A DNA stretch of 64,000 nucleotides from Longimicrobiales bacterium (GCA_965248195.1 CBDFIQ010000001.1:1152001-1216000), one strand, 5' to 3'; shown: positions 29,317 to 39,889, numbered from the stretch's first letter. Program-made: numbers and translations. Notes: a model not told the origin generated them from the sequence alone.

Positions 29317-29775
29317 ATGCAGGCCAGAAGCGTGGAATCAGGTACGATCTGGAAAGACGCGAATGGTCCACCGACCGCCGCCGCCGAGGGTGGGACCTCC
29401 GCTTGGTCCGGCGCAGTTCCGGCGATCTGTGCCGTGCACTGTCTGGCAATGCCGATTCTGGCTTCGACCCTGCCGTTCTTTGCGGCCACACACGCTTGGG
29501 AGGTGTGGCTCGTGGCCCTCTCCGCATTGCTCGGGGCGGTCACCCTGGCGGCTTCCTGGCGGCTTCACGGGCGGCGGGCGGTCTGGGCCGTCGCCGCGCT
29601 TGGATTCGCGGTCTGGATTGCGGCGCTGGCCGGGTGGCTGGACCCGCTGCCGGAGAGTCTGATGTCTCCGTTGGGCGGGCTGCTTGTCGCGATCTCACTG
29701 TTTTGGAACGGACATCTGAGACACCAGGCCGTGTGCGGCTCCTGCGCGTGTCCGGTGCACCCGGCGCGGGCCTGA
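29317..29775 (+). CDS. MerC domain membrane protein
   Basis: ICAVHCLAMP motif, four TM helices, C-terminal CGSCACPVH. Confidence 0.8.
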   Translation: MQARSVESGTIWKDANGPPTAAAEGGTSAWSGAVPAICAVHCLAMPILASTLPFFAATHAWEVWLVALSALLGAVTLAASWRLHGRRAVWAVAALGFAVWIAALAGWLDPLPESLMSPLGGLLVAISLFWNGHLRHQAVCGSCACPVHPARA

Positions 29776-29928
29776 TTTCGGTAGCCGGAGCACATCCCTA
29801 GCCTGATGGCGTCGCTAGGGCTTGGAGCGACCGATCCCAACAAGATCGCCGGGAAGCGTGTCTCCGTGAGGGGTGAGTGTGCACTCTGCGCGCTCGTTCC
29901 TATGTCGATCTTGAAAATAAGTAGGCGG

Positions 29929-32286
29929 ATGAAGAACCCGAAGTCCACCTCGTCATTCTCTCTACCGGCCCTCATCGTCGCGCTAGCCCTGTCGTGGCCG
30001 GTTTCGACGGCCGGTCAAAGCGGGCAAAATGGATCAAGCGAATTTTCCTCGGATGCCAGGCTGAACCCGCCAGGGCCGGTGGCACCGGCCACGATGGCGC
30101 GTACGGATCAGGGGCGGGTCACCGTTCGGGCGGTCAGGCTTGCGGAGCCGTTGAACGTGGACGGAGTTCTGGATGAGGCTGCGTACCAGACACCGCCGAT
30201 TAGCGGGTTCATCCAGAACCTCCCCCTAGAGGGTGAGCCCGCCTCGGAGAGGACGGAGGCCTGGGTGTTCTATGATGACGATAACATCTATCTCGTGTGC
30301 CGCTGTTGGGATTCGGCGCCGCCCGAGGAGTGGATCGCCAACGAGATGCGCCGCGACGCACAGGCGGTGAGGGAGAACGACTTTTTCGGTGCGCTCTTCG
30401 ACACGTTTCACGACCGCCGCAATGGGTTCAACTTCTATACCAATCCGCTTGCGGCACGCGCCGATCAGGTGGTCACGGATGAGGGGGCGCCGAACCGTGA
30501 TTGGAACCCGGTCTGGTCCGTACGTACGGGCCGGTTCGAGGGCGGCTGGACCGCGGAGATGGCGATTCCGTTCAAGTCGCTCCGGTATCTGTCCGGAGAG
30601 GATCAGACTTGGGGGATCCAGATTCGGCGGGGCATTCGGCGCAAGAACGAGTTCGCCCATCTCACTTTCGTCCCGGCTTCAGCGGGTGGCGGGCCGGCCA
30701 TCACACGCGTGTCGGCGGCGGCGGACCTCGTCGGCCTGGATCTGCCTCCGGCGGGTAAGAACATCGAAATCAAGCCGTACGCGATCTCGAGTCTGACGAG
30801 CGATCTTACTCTGGCTGAGCCCGTATCGAACGAAGCCGACGGAGACTTTGGGCTCGACCTCAAGTACGGCATTACCGCCAACATCACGGCGGACCTGACC
30901 TACAACACGGACTTCGCCCAGGTAGAGGTGGACGAGCGACAGGTAAACCTCACCCGTTTCAGCCTGTCGTTTCCCGAGAAGCGGGAGTTCTTTCTGGAGG
31001 GCCAAGGACTGTTCGACTTCGGGAGGGGTGGCCGTCGCGGCGGCGGTGGCGGTGGCCGAGGCGGTGGCCGAGGCGGTGGCGGAGGTGGTTTTGGAGGCGG
31101 TGGCTCCGCACCAACGGTCTTCTACTCGCGACGGATTGGGCTGAGTGACGGCGAGGCCGTTCCGATCATTGGTGGCGGTCGGGTGACCGGCAAGGCGGGC
31201 CGGCTCGGGTTCGGGCTCATGAACCTCCAGACGAACGACGTTGAGGGAGTTACACCTGAGACCAATTTCAGCGTCGTACGCATCAAGCGGGACATCCTAC
31301 GGCGGAGCAATATCGGTGCGCTGTTCACGAATCGGTCGAAGTCCATGGAGGTCGACGGCACGAACCAGGTGTACGGCGTCGATGGCAGCTTCAACTTCGG
31401 CGAGGACGTCAGCTTCAGCGGGTTCTACGCTCAGTCGCGGACGCCCGGCCTGAACAGCGACAATGAGAGCTATGTGGGCCGGGCCAATTACGGTGGAGAC
31501 CGGTATGGGCTGAGTGCCGATTACACCGTGGTGGGTGACAACTTCAATCCTGAAGTTGGTCTTGTCCGCCGCGATAACTTCCGCCGGTATTCGACTTCGG
31601 CTCGGTTCAGCCCACGCCCACGGTCGATCGAGTCGATACGCCAGTTCAGATTGTTCGTCCGCTATGAGCGCATTGAGAGCCTAAACGCGGGAGTGCTCGA
31701 GACCGAAGTCTGGAATGGTGGCTTCAACATCGAGTTCGAGAACAGCGACCAGTTCGGAGTGTTCGGCGGCGTCAACTTCGAACGACTCGAGGTGCCTTTG
31801 CAGGTTTCGAGTGATGTCTCGGTTCCGGTGGGAGGCTACGACTTCAAGAGCGTCTCCTTCCAGTACGGCCTCGGTGGACAGCGTCGGGTGTCGGGGTCTT
31901 TTTCCTTTCAGATCGGCGAGTTCTACGACGGCACCATCAGAACCGTTGGGTACAACCGAGGACGCATCTCCGTGCTCGATCGGTTCTCGTTGGAGCCCAG
32001 CGTTTCGTTCAACGACGTGAAGCTGCCGGCGGGTGATTTCACGACCACCTTGGTGGGCCTGCGTGCCGACTACGCATTCTCGCCGCTGATGTTCATGGGA
32101 GGCCTGGTCCAGTACGACTCCGACAGCGACTCGTTCAGCACCAACCTGCGTTTCCGGTGGGAGTATGCCCCCGGCAGCGAGTTCTTCGCCGTCTATACCG
32201 ATGGACGGTCCACCCTGAGAAGCGGCATTCCGGAGCTCGAAACCAGGGCGTTCGTGCTTAAGATCAACAGGCTCCTGCGGTTCTAG
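29929..32286 (+). CDS. DUF5916-type protein (CBM9-like domain plus beta-barrel)
   Basis: DGVLDE, GWTAEMAIPFKSLRY, NTDFAQVEVD, NLTRFSLSFPEKREFFLEG, C-terminal F. Confidence 0.85.
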   Translation: MKNPKSTSSFSLPALIVALALSWPVSTAGQSGQNGSSEFSSDARLNPPGPVAPATMARTDQGRVTVRAVRLAEPLNVDGVLDEAAYQTPPISGFIQNLPLEGEPASERTEAWVFYDDDNIYLVCRCWDSAPPEEWIANEMRRDAQAVRENDFFGALFDTFHDRRNGFNFYTNPLAARADQVVTDEGAPNRDWNPVWSVRTGRFEGGWTAEMAIPFKSLRYLSGEDQTWGIQIRRGIRRKNEFAHLTFVPASAGGGPAITRVSAAADLVGLDLPPAGKNIEIKPYAISSLTSDLTLAEPVSNEADGDFGLDLKYGITANITADLTYNTDFAQVEVDERQVNLTRFSLSFPEKREFFLEGQGLFDFGRGGRRGGGGGGRGGGRGGGGGGFGGGGSAPTVFYSRRIGLSDGEAVPIIGGGRVTGKAGRLGFGLMNLQTNDVEGVTPETNFSVVRIKRDILRRSNIGALFTNRSKSMEVDGTNQVYGVDGSFNFGEDVSFSGFYAQSRTPGLNSDNESYVGRANYGGDRYGLSADYTVVGDNFNPEVGLVRRDNFRRYSTSARFSPRPRSIESIRQFRLFVRYERIESLNAGVLETEVWNGGFNIEFENSDQFGVFGGVNFERLEVPLQVSSDVSVPVGGYDFKSVSFQYGLGGQRRVSGSFSFQIGEFYDGTIRTVGYNRGRISVLDRFSLEPSVSFNDVKLPAGDFTTTLVGLRADYAFSPLMFMGGLVQYDSDSDSFSTNLRFRWEYAPGSEFFAVYTDGRSTLRSGIPELETRAFVLKINRLLRF

Positions 32287-32401
32287 CCGCGAGACGCACG
32301 CCGAGGCTTAGGAGACTTGCACGCCCACTAAGGGAACCCGTATTCTCGGTGCTTCCCGTTAAGGATCCCACTGTCGTGCATGTACCCCGGAGGACCATAC
32401 C

Positions 32402-32989
32402 GTGAATGTGAGCCTACCAGTTGTGTTGGGGGCGGCACTGCTCCTGACGGGAGGCGCCACGACGGCTCTGCGAGGCCAGGCACCCACGACCTTCATCGTC
32501 GAGAGTCCGACGATGACCACCGGCAGGTTAATGCCGCGGGACTATTCTCCGGACGGGAGAAACGTTTCTCCCCCCCTTGGCTGGAGGGGTCTCCCCATGG
32601 GGACGCGCCAACTCGCTGTGATCTCGCAGGACTACGGCGCGGGCCGTCCACCGCCCTGGGTGCATTGGATCATCTATAACATACCGGCCAGTGCACAGGG
32701 TCTCCCGGAGGGTATTCCGTTCGATCCGGATCACCCCATGCCCGCCGAGCTCACCGGGGCGGTCCAGGGAAACAATGGCTGGGGCCTGGCCGCCTACCGG
32801 GGCCCGGCGCCGCCGGTGGGAAGCGTGCACCATTACCACTTCGCGGTGTTCGCCCTCGACGAGGAGCTCGACCTGCCGCCGGGCCTGAATCGAGACGAGC
32901 TGCTGCAGGCGATCGAAGGGCACGTAATCGGCCAGGGGGATATGGTCACGCTGTATGAGCGGCAGCCCATGAACGAGCTGCTCCGATGA
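32402..32989 (+). CDS. YbhB/YbcL (PEBP/Raf kinase inhibitor-like) protein, exported
   Basis: NVSPPL, WVHWIIYNIP, YRGPAPP, HHYHFAVFALD. Confidence 0.92.
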   Translation: MNVSLPVVLGAALLLTGGATTALRGQAPTTFIVESPTMTTGRLMPRDYSPDGRNVSPPLGWRGLPMGTRQLAVISQDYGAGRPPPWVHWIIYNIPASAQGLPEGIPFDPDHPMPAELTGAVQGNNGWGLAAYRGPAPPVGSVHHYHFAVFALDEELDLPPGLNRDELLQAIEGHVIGQGDMVTLYERQPMNELLR

Positions 32990-33083
32990 TCGAAACGGCC
33001 TACCCCCATAAACGAGCGAGCATCGCATTCAGGAGGCCTCGTCCGAAGCCCGGCGCGGCGCTCACGGTTAACCAGGAGAACTC

Positions 33084-33809
33084 ATGACTGACTCGAAGGG
33101 CCCGCGTCCGGCCATCTCGCGGAGAGATCTTCTCCGGACCGCCGGGGCCGCCGGAGCGGCCGCGCTGATTCCCGATGCTGTGGGCGCGGTGACGGAAGAA
33201 TCGCCCGTTACCTCATCACACGCGGCGGCGGGCGAGGAGCAGGCAGGCGTTCGGTTGCCATCCGACACGGCGCCGTTGCTCGCCGGTCCACTCACGAATT
33301 TGACGGCCCGTGAAACTGAGATTCTCCGTGCGATGGTCGATCGGCTGATCCCCACCGACGAGTTGGGCCCAGGCGCTCTCGACGCTGGTGTTCTCCAGTA
33401 CATCGATCGCGCCCTGAGTGAAGCGGAGTCCGATGCGGCCGACGCGTATCGGTCCGGCCTGGCGGCCCTCGACACCTACAGTCGTTACACGCGCGGGGGT
33501 CCGTTCATCGACCTCTCCACGGTCGATCAGGACTCGGTGCTCATCGACCTCCAGATCGGAGCCGCGACCGGCGCGGGCGCGGGCTTCGTGGGCAGTTCCG
33601 GCTCGTTCTTCAACATGGTGAAGACTCACACCTGGCAGGGCATGTTCGGCGACCCCAAGTACGGAGGCAACGTGGACTTTGCCGGGTGGGACCTCATCGA
33701 TTATCCCGGTGTGCGTTTGGGGGTGAGCCCCGAGGACCAGCAACGTCTGGAGGCGGATCAGTTGGACCCGGTACGCCGGTCTGCATACGATTTTGGCCTG
33801 TTCGAATGA
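33084..33809 (+). CDS. Gluconate 2-dehydrogenase subunit 3-like protein (Tat)
   Basis: SRRDLL Tat motif, RLIPTD, GALDAGV, GMFGDPKYGGN, GWDLIDYPG. Confidence 0.9.
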   Translation: MTDSKGPRPAISRRDLLRTAGAAGAAALIPDAVGAVTEESPVTSSHAAAGEEQAGVRLPSDTAPLLAGPLTNLTARETEILRAMVDRLIPTDELGPGALDAGVLQYIDRALSEAESDAADAYRSGLAALDTYSRYTRGGPFIDLSTVDQDSVLIDLQIGAATGAGAGFVGSSGSFFNMVKTHTWQGMFGDPKYGGNVDFAGWDLIDYPGVRLGVSPEDQQRLEADQLDPVRRSAYDFGLFE

Positions 33810-33857
33810 ACGCCGGAATATGGTTCGACCCGGGCTCTAACGGAGGGATCTGAGGTT

Positions 33858-35564
33858 ATGCCGATGCAGCTTGCAGAAACCGATGTCGTCATCGTGGGAA
33901 TGGGCGCGGCGGGTGGCGTCGCCGCCTTACCGCTGGCGGAGGCCGGGCTGAGCGTGGTGGGTCTCGAGGCCGGCACCTGGCTCGACCAACGCGACTTCGC
34001 CCCTGACGAGATCCGGAACAACTATCGCGACTGGCCCATGTTGGTGAAAAAGGCGGAGCAGGAACGGCCCACGTCCCGGGCCACGTCGGCCACCACGGCG
34101 ACCCAAGTCGGAAGCCACCCCATGATGAATGCAGTGGGAGGGACCACACTGCACTACTGGGCCCAGAGTTGGCGGCTCCATCCTTGGGATTTCAGGATGG
34201 TGACCGAAACGGCTAGGCGCTATGGCGCGTCCAGGATCCCGGCCGGCTCCACCGTCGAGGACTGGCCGTTCGGCTACGACGAGTTGGAGCCTTACTACGA
34301 CCGGGTGGAACGCGAAGTGGGTATCTCCGGCCAGGCCGGCAATGTTCGAGGTGACATCGACTCGCGCGGGAATCGATTCGAGGGGCCTCGGCAGCGTGGA
34401 TTTCCCATGCCGCCGCTACGATGGACGGCCTTCAATCATCGCATGGCCGACGCCGCCCGTTCGTTGGGATGGAATCCGTTCCCCGGCCCAGCCGCCGTAA
34501 ACAGCGAAGCGTACGACAATCGCCCGGGATGCGGCTACCACGGGTTCTGCAGCAAGGGTGGTTGTCCGGTCAACGCGAAGAACGCCACCCACATCACGAC
34601 CATTCCTAAGGCCGTCGACACCGGCAACCTCAAGGTGGTCCCGCGCGCGCACGTCACGACGCTGGAGGTGAGTTCGGATGGCCGCGTGACCGGCGTCAAC
34701 TATCTGGTGGGGAGCAACGAGTATTTCCAGCCGGCGAAGGTCGTCTTGATCGCCTCTTATACGTATGAGAACGTCCGCCTGTTGCTCCTTTCGAAATCCC
34801 GCGCATATCCGGATGGGCTTTCGAACAACCATGGACAGGTGGGCCGGCACTACTTCAGTCATTACACGAGCGGGAGTGTGGGCGCGCTCTTCCCGTATGA
34901 CCTCAAGGCATGGTATGGCCTGCCGGCCCAGGGTGTCGCAGTGGATGATTGGGCCGACGACAACTTCGACCACTCAGATCTCGACTTCGTCGGGGGAGGC
35001 AACCTCTGGGTCATGTCCGACCGCCGCCCGATCTCGGCGGCCAGTATGAATACGTACGGGCGAAGCCGAAATTGGGGATCCGCCTGGAAGCGATTTATCC
35101 ACGAGTACTCGGATCGCTCCCACGGCTCCTACATCCAGAAGACGACCCTCCCTTACGAGGAAAACTACCTGGATTTGGATCCTCAGGTGACGGATCCCCT
35201 CGGATTCCCCGTCATCCGCATCACCGGACAATACAAAGACAACGAAAAGGAGATCGGAGTGTTCATGCAGGATCGCATGGAGGACTGGTATCGGGAGGCG
35301 GGAGCTGTCGAGGTCAACCGGGGCGGGCTTGGTAACACCATGGGCGCTTCGACCCACGCCTACGGCGGCACGCGCATGGGCGACGACGCCGAGACCAACG
35401 TGGTCGACCGCTGGGGGTTTTCGCACGAAACGCCGAACCTGGGGGTCTTGGGCGCATCAGTGATGGGAACCAGCGGGGCGCGAAATCCCACCCTGACGAG
35501 TCAGGCCCTCTCTTGGCGGACAGCGGCGCATCTCGTCGACAGCTGGGGGGATATCGCCGAGTAA
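33858..35564 (+). CDS. GMC oxidoreductase (gluconate 2-dehydrogenase flavoprotein-like)
   Basis: VGMGAAGG, VGGTTLH, DWP, CGYHGFC...GC, STHAYGG, NPTLT. Confidence 0.92.
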   Translation: MPMQLAETDVVIVGMGAAGGVAALPLAEAGLSVVGLEAGTWLDQRDFAPDEIRNNYRDWPMLVKKAEQERPTSRATSATTATQVGSHPMMNAVGGTTLHYWAQSWRLHPWDFRMVTETARRYGASRIPAGSTVEDWPFGYDELEPYYDRVEREVGISGQAGNVRGDIDSRGNRFEGPRQRGFPMPPLRWTAFNHRMADAARSLGWNPFPGPAAVNSEAYDNRPGCGYHGFCSKGGCPVNAKNATHITTIPKAVDTGNLKVVPRAHVTTLEVSSDGRVTGVNYLVGSNEYFQPAKVVLIASYTYENVRLLLLSKSRAYPDGLSNNHGQVGRHYFSHYTSGSVGALFPYDLKAWYGLPAQGVAVDDWADDNFDHSDLDFVGGGNLWVMSDRRPISAASMNTYGRSRNWGSAWKRFIHEYSDRSHGSYIQKTTLPYEENYLDLDPQVTDPLGFPVIRITGQYKDNEKEIGVFMQDRMEDWYREAGAVEVNRGGLGNTMGASTHAYGGTRMGDDAETNVVDRWGFSHETPNLGVLGASVMGTSGARNPTLTSQALSWRTAAHLVDSWGDIAE

Positions 35565-35603
35565 GCCCACCCTCCCGAGAAGTGGGTCGGGATCGAAAGA
35601 AGA

Positions 35604-35654
35604 GATGGGGACCGAAGGAGCCGCGGCTGTGCGAAGCGTCCTTCGATCCCCATC
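35604..35654 (-). terminator. Conserved hairpin H1 downstream of A1
   Basis: Minus strand GATGGGGATCGAAGGA...TCCTTCGGTCCCCATC followed by TCTTCTTTC; repeated at 38265 and 41991. Confidence 0.7.
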
Positions 35655-35695
35655 AATACCTCAGTAAAAATCCAGCTTGTGAAACGATCGGGTGA

Positions 35696-37093
35696 TCAGT
35701 TCCTAGCAGCGATCCTCTGCTCTTCGTTCGCTTCCCGCTCCGCGACGAGCTTGTCGTAGCCCTCCTGATCGAGGTGCGTCACGGCGATCCACGCGTGCGT
35801 CATCTCGTCCGCGGTTCGGGCGCCCGCAGCCACCCACTGATCCGGGTCCGGGTTGTTGGGGTTGCCCTCCGTGTTGTCGTACCACTGCTTGATTACCATA
35901 ACCGCGCCGGCCGGGAGCAGGGGTGCCGAGTCATCTCCGTAAAGATGACTCTGGTGCCATGTGGCGCTCCAGTTGGAGATCATGCTGATGATCTCCGTCC
36001 GTCCTGTCTCCGGATAGAAGATCTCCAAAGACGCAGACCGCAGCCGCAGGTGCCCGTGGGGCTGGAAGCTGTCGATGCGGACCGGATGGTCGAAGCTGTG
36101 GAAGCCCTGAGTCATGGTCGTTCCGTGCGGCGGCATGACCAGCTCACCTTGGCGGATCCCATAGTTCTTCAGATCCTGCTTGAACTCGTACTCGTAATCC
36201 GCCGGGTGGAGCCAGATGCCCAAATCGACCACGTTACCCTCGATCACGTCGTTGGCGGCAGTCGCTCCGAGCCCGCCGGGATACATATGGATGCTCCAGC
36301 GGATATACGAATCTGCGGGCAACACCCGGCAAACGCCCTCGGGAACGATCTCACCCAGCTTGCCCATGGCGTACTCGGTGGCCCGATGCTCTGAGCGCTC
36401 GAAGGTGCCGTCTTCCTGCATGAGCTGGAAGGTCGAGTTGGCGTGGTGGACCACCGTCTTGGCGACTCCACGGGGCTTCACCTGAAGGGCCTTGATGCAG
36501 CGCTCCTCGCCCTCAGGGAGGCCTTGGATCTCAACGATGGGACTGTGCCACATGTCGTTGCCGGCGGCCGGAACGTCGATGGGCGTCGACTGGGCGAGGA
36601 GGTCCGGTGGGCCGAACAGATTCGACAGCGACCAGTCGTCGGTGTCGAGCAGGTCTAACTCCGGAATCTCGTCCGCATTACCCAGCGGCGTACCCTGGTC
36701 GACCCAGGAAACGATGGTGCTGATGTCCTCATCGGAAAGACGCCAGTCCTCTTTGAGGTCCTGGATGCCGACATCGTTGTCGTAATAGTACGGCGGCATC
36801 ACGCGGTTCTCTACTTTGATCTTGATGAGGGGCGCATACATCCGGACGTCTTCGTAGGTCACCAATTCCATCGGCCCGATTCCACCCGCACGGTGGCAGA
36901 TCGTGCAGTTCTCCTGGATGATGGACGCCACGTCCGCACTGTAGGTCAACGCCGCGTCGTTCGACGACGACGCGAAGGTCACCTGGGCCTGTGCAGTGCT
37001 CTGCAAAGCAAAGGCTGCGACGAGTGCGAGAGTAGCGGCTCCGATCCGGAGCGTCCACACGCACGGATGTTGCCTCCGATTCTGCAGTTCCAT
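35696..37093 (-). CDS. Secreted cytochrome c / copper type II (PHM/DBH-like) monooxygenase, copy A1
   Basis: Signal peptide (AQAQ), CTICH, MPP, VVHHAN, SIHMY, PHGH, DEMTH. Confidence 0.85.
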   Translation of the reverse strand: MELQNRRQHPCVWTLRIGAATLALVAAFALQSTAQAQVTFASSSNDAALTYSADVASIIQENCTICHRAGGIGPMELVTYEDVRMYAPLIKIKVENRVMPPYYYDNDVGIQDLKEDWRLSDEDISTIVSWVDQGTPLGNADEIPELDLLDTDDWSLSNLFGPPDLLAQSTPIDVPAAGNDMWHSPIVEIQGLPEGEERCIKALQVKPRGVAKTVVHHANSTFQLMQEDGTFERSEHRATEYAMGKLGEIVPEGVCRVLPADSYIRWSIHMYPGGLGATAANDVIEGNVVDLGIWLHPADYEYEFKQDLKNYGIRQGELVMPPHGTTMTQGFHSFDHPVRIDSFQPHGHLRLRSASLEIFYPETGRTEIISMISNWSATWHQSHLYGDDSAPLLPAGAVMVIKQWYDNTEGNPNNPDPDQWVAAGARTADEMTHAWIAVTHLDQEGYDKLVAEREANEEQRIAARN

Positions 37094-37173
37094 TTTCCCC
37101 CCTGTGCTCGGGTGGACTACACCTGCACGTCAAGCGCCGCCCAGGCTTGATCCCCTGAGGAATGACTCCTCCG

Positions 37174-37203
37174 AATCTACGTGACGATCCCGAGTGAACA
37201 CAA
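37174..37203 (-). promoter_or_regulatory. Conserved putative promoter of A1
   Basis: TTGTGT-N18-TAGATT; same arrangement before A2 and A3. Confidence 0.55.
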
Positions 37204-37215
37204 TAGGCGGGACGT

Positions 37216-38211
37216 CTACGGCGTTACGTTCACCCTGACGTAGCCGTTGGTAAAGCAGCAGTTGTCATTATCGCTGCTGTCCGGCGCGCTGAAGTTGTCC
37301 ACCCGGGCTCGCATGATGTACTCACCCGGCACGGAGAACGTAACAATCACGCTGGCAGTGCCCTGCCCCTCCGGAAGCGGGATAATCTGGGGTCCGGAGG
37401 CGGCACGTTGTCGTCGAGCAGCGGCGGCAACAGCACCACCATCACTCGCGGCAGCAGCAGAGTCCGGCTCCTCCTCCTCCACGACCTCAGGGTTGGACTC
37501 GTGCCGCGTGTACTCCACCCTTCCGGGACCCTGGAGTTGGGACCACACCACACGAAGGGGAACGTCCACAGAACGGGCATCGTCCGGATCCCTCTCCGAG
37601 GGGTCCGTCGCGTTGACCGAGAGGGTGAGGGGAGATCCTACCGACACGGTCTGCGTACGTTCTGCCATGATGCCCGGAGGTCCCCGGCCCACGCCGGACT
37701 GCGAGTCGAAGGAAACGCTGGGAGGTAGACCTCCGTGAGGCCGGGGCATCCAGTCCAATTCATAGGCGATGGCCCCGGTCCGGCCGGGCACCTTCGTGAC
37801 GTCGCCGTTCGCTTTGGTAAGCGTCCACCAGACGTCCTGGTCCATCATCTCCGCCGGCAGAGTCACGGTGAAAATCCCGCGGTGGTGTCCGGGGAAAAAG
37901 ATCGTGGACTGCACCCCGTCGAACTGAGCCGGATCGAGGAAATTATCCTCTCCGACGGGGATGTACAGCGTGTCCAGGTTGGCATTGCTGTATCCGAAGG
38001 AGATGGTGTACGTCCCGTCCTCGTTCTCGTACCAGCCCTCCATGAAGGGGGCGAGGATGTGATTTCCGGGAGAGTTGGGTTGCAGGGGCCAACGGCCATC
38101 CGGCCCCGGACCCGTCACCTGGGCCTCGAGTACCACTGGACCGGCCACAGCACCCCAGAGAAGCAGCGCCAAGGCCACTCCACCCACGGTCATACGAAAC
38201 TGGTGCATCAT
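37216..38211 (-). CDS. Secreted hypothetical partner protein B1
   Basis: Signal peptide, PFMEGWYENEDG, ISFGY, PGEY, C-terminal CCFTNGYV. Confidence 0.85.
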   Translation of the reverse strand: MMHQFRMTVGGVALALLLWGAVAGPVVLEAQVTGPGPDGRWPLQPNSPGNHILAPFMEGWYENEDGTYTISFGYSNANLDTLYIPVGEDNFLDPAQFDGVQSTIFFPGHHRGIFTVTLPAEMMDQDVWWTLTKANGDVTKVPGRTGAIAYELDWMPRPHGGLPPSVSFDSQSGVGRGPPGIMAERTQTVSVGSPLTLSVNATDPSERDPDDARSVDVPLRVVWSQLQGPGRVEYTRHESNPEVVEEEEPDSAAAASDGGAVAAAARRQRAASGPQIIPLPEGQGTASVIVTFSVPGEYIMRARVDNFSAPDSSDNDNCCFTNGYVRVNVTP

Positions 38212-38264
38212 GGACTCCTTCCTGAACGCTCGAGCGTCGCATCGAAGGCGGGACTGAAAGAAAC

Positions 38265-38310
38265 GGGGACCGAAGGAGCCGCGGCTGCTGCGAAGCGTCC
38301 TTCGATCCCC
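38265..38310 (-). terminator. Conserved hairpin H2 between A2 and B1
   Basis: Same stem as H1, followed by GTTTCTTTC on the minus strand. Confidence 0.7.
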
Positions 38311-38343
38311 ATTAGTAAAGAGCAGGTAAAGCGACCTGCGCGA

Positions 38344-39750
38344 TCAATCCCTAGCGGCGATCCTCTCCGCTTCCTCCTTCATCTTCCTCTCCTCGAGGAG
38401 CTTTTCGTAGCCTTCCTCATCGAGGTGGGTCACGCCGAGCCAAAAATGCGACATCTCGTCAGCAGTCCGGCTTCCGTAGTCGACCCACTGATCCGGATCC
38501 GGGTTGTTGGGGTTGCCGTCCGTGTTGTCGAACCACTGCTTCATTATGAGGACCGCGCCGGCCGGGACCAGGGGCGCCGCGTCATCCTCGTAAATGTGAC
38601 TCTGGTGCCAGGTGGCGCTCCAGTTGGAGACCATGCTGATGATCTCCGTCCGTCCGGTCTCCGGATAGAAGATCTCCAGGGACGCGGACCGCAAGCGCAG
38701 ATGCCCGTGCGGCTGGAAGCTGTCGATGCGGACCGGATGGTCGAACGAGCGGAAGCCCTGGGTCATGGCCGACCCATTCGGCGGGATCATGAGGTCACGC
38801 TTACCCTCCATGAAGCCATAGCTGACCAGGTCCTGCTTGTACTCGTACTCGTAGTCGGCCGGATGGAGCCAGATGCCCAAATCGACCACGTTGCCCTCGA
38901 TCACGTCGTTCACAGCAGTCTTTCCGAGCCCGCCGGGATACATGTGGATGTCCCAGCGAATATAAGTATCCGCAGGGAACACTCGGCACACACCGTCGGG
39001 AATGATCTCACCCAGCTTGCCCATGGCGTACTCGGTTGCCCGGTCCCCAGTCCCCTGGAAGCTTCCGTCGTCCTGCAGGCGCTGGAAGGTCGAGTTGGCG
39101 TGGTGGACCACCGTCACGGCTTCTCCACGGGGCTTCACCTGAAGGGCCTTGATGCAGCGCTCGCCATCAGGCAGGCCTTGCATCTCGACCACTGGACGGT
39201 GCCACAAGTCGAGGCCGGCCGCCGGCACGTCGATCGGTGTCGAGGGGGCGAGAATGTCCGGTGGGCCGAAGTCGGCCGCCAGCGTCCATTCGTCTGTGGG
39301 GAGCAACTCGGCCGGCGGTGGCATGTCGTCCGGATTGCCCAGAGGCGCTCCTTGGTCTACCCAGGCAACGACGGTGTTGATGTCCTCTTGGGAGAGACGC
39401 CAATCGTGCTTGAGCTCCTGGATGCCGATGTCGTTGTCGTAATAATACGGCGGCATCTGGCGGTTCTCTACTTTGATCTTGATGAGGGGCGCATACAACT
39501 TGACGTTCTCGTAGGTCACGAGCTCCATGGGTCCGATTCCACCGGCTCGGTGGCAGACCTGGCAGTTGTTCTGGATGATCAACGCCACGTCCGCGGCGTA
39601 GGTGACGTCTTCGTCATTTTGCGACGACGCGAAATTGACCTGGGCCTGGGCCGCACTCTGGAAAGCCAAGGTCGCCGCGAGCGCGAAGGTGGCGGCGCCG
39701 GTCCAGGGCGTCCACAAGCGCTGATGTTGGCTCCGATTCTGCAGGTCCAT
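38344..39750 (-). CDS. Secreted cytochrome c / copper type II monooxygenase, copy A2
   Basis: CQVCH, VVHHAN, DIHMY, PHGH, DEMSH; GAGAGGA before ATG 39750. Confidence 0.85.
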   Translation of the reverse strand: MDLQNRSQHQRLWTPWTGAATFALAATLAFQSAAQAQVNFASSQNDEDVTYAADVALIIQNNCQVCHRAGGIGPMELVTYENVKLYAPLIKIKVENRQMPPYYYDNDIGIQELKHDWRLSQEDINTVVAWVDQGAPLGNPDDMPPPAELLPTDEWTLAADFGPPDILAPSTPIDVPAAGLDLWHRPVVEMQGLPDGERCIKALQVKPRGEAVTVVHHANSTFQRLQDDGSFQGTGDRATEYAMGKLGEIIPDGVCRVFPADTYIRWDIHMYPGGLGKTAVNDVIEGNVVDLGIWLHPADYEYEYKQDLVSYGFMEGKRDLMIPPNGSAMTQGFRSFDHPVRIDSFQPHGHLRLRSASLEIFYPETGRTEIISMVSNWSATWHQSHIYEDDAAPLVPAGAVLIMKQWFDNTDGNPNNPDPDQWVDYGSRTADEMSHFWLGVTHLDEEGYEKLLEERKMKEEAERIAARD

Positions 39751-39838
39751 GATGGTCCTCTCCCTCATGCGAGTGAACTAGCCATACTACGCCTTAAGCA
39801 ACCCAGGGTCCTTTCCCTCGGGATTTTACGTTCCTCGG

Positions 39839-39867
39839 AATCTACGCGCCGATCCGGAGGGATACAA
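39839..39867 (-). promoter_or_regulatory. Conserved putative promoter of A2
   Basis: TTGTAT-N17-TAGATT. Confidence 0.6.
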
Positions 39868-39889
39868 TACGGTCGGCACCTTCCCAATT

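Noticed and set aside
29317..29775. Mercury-resistance locus
   Set aside because: No merA, merR or merP; the neighbour is a Fur-family regulator.
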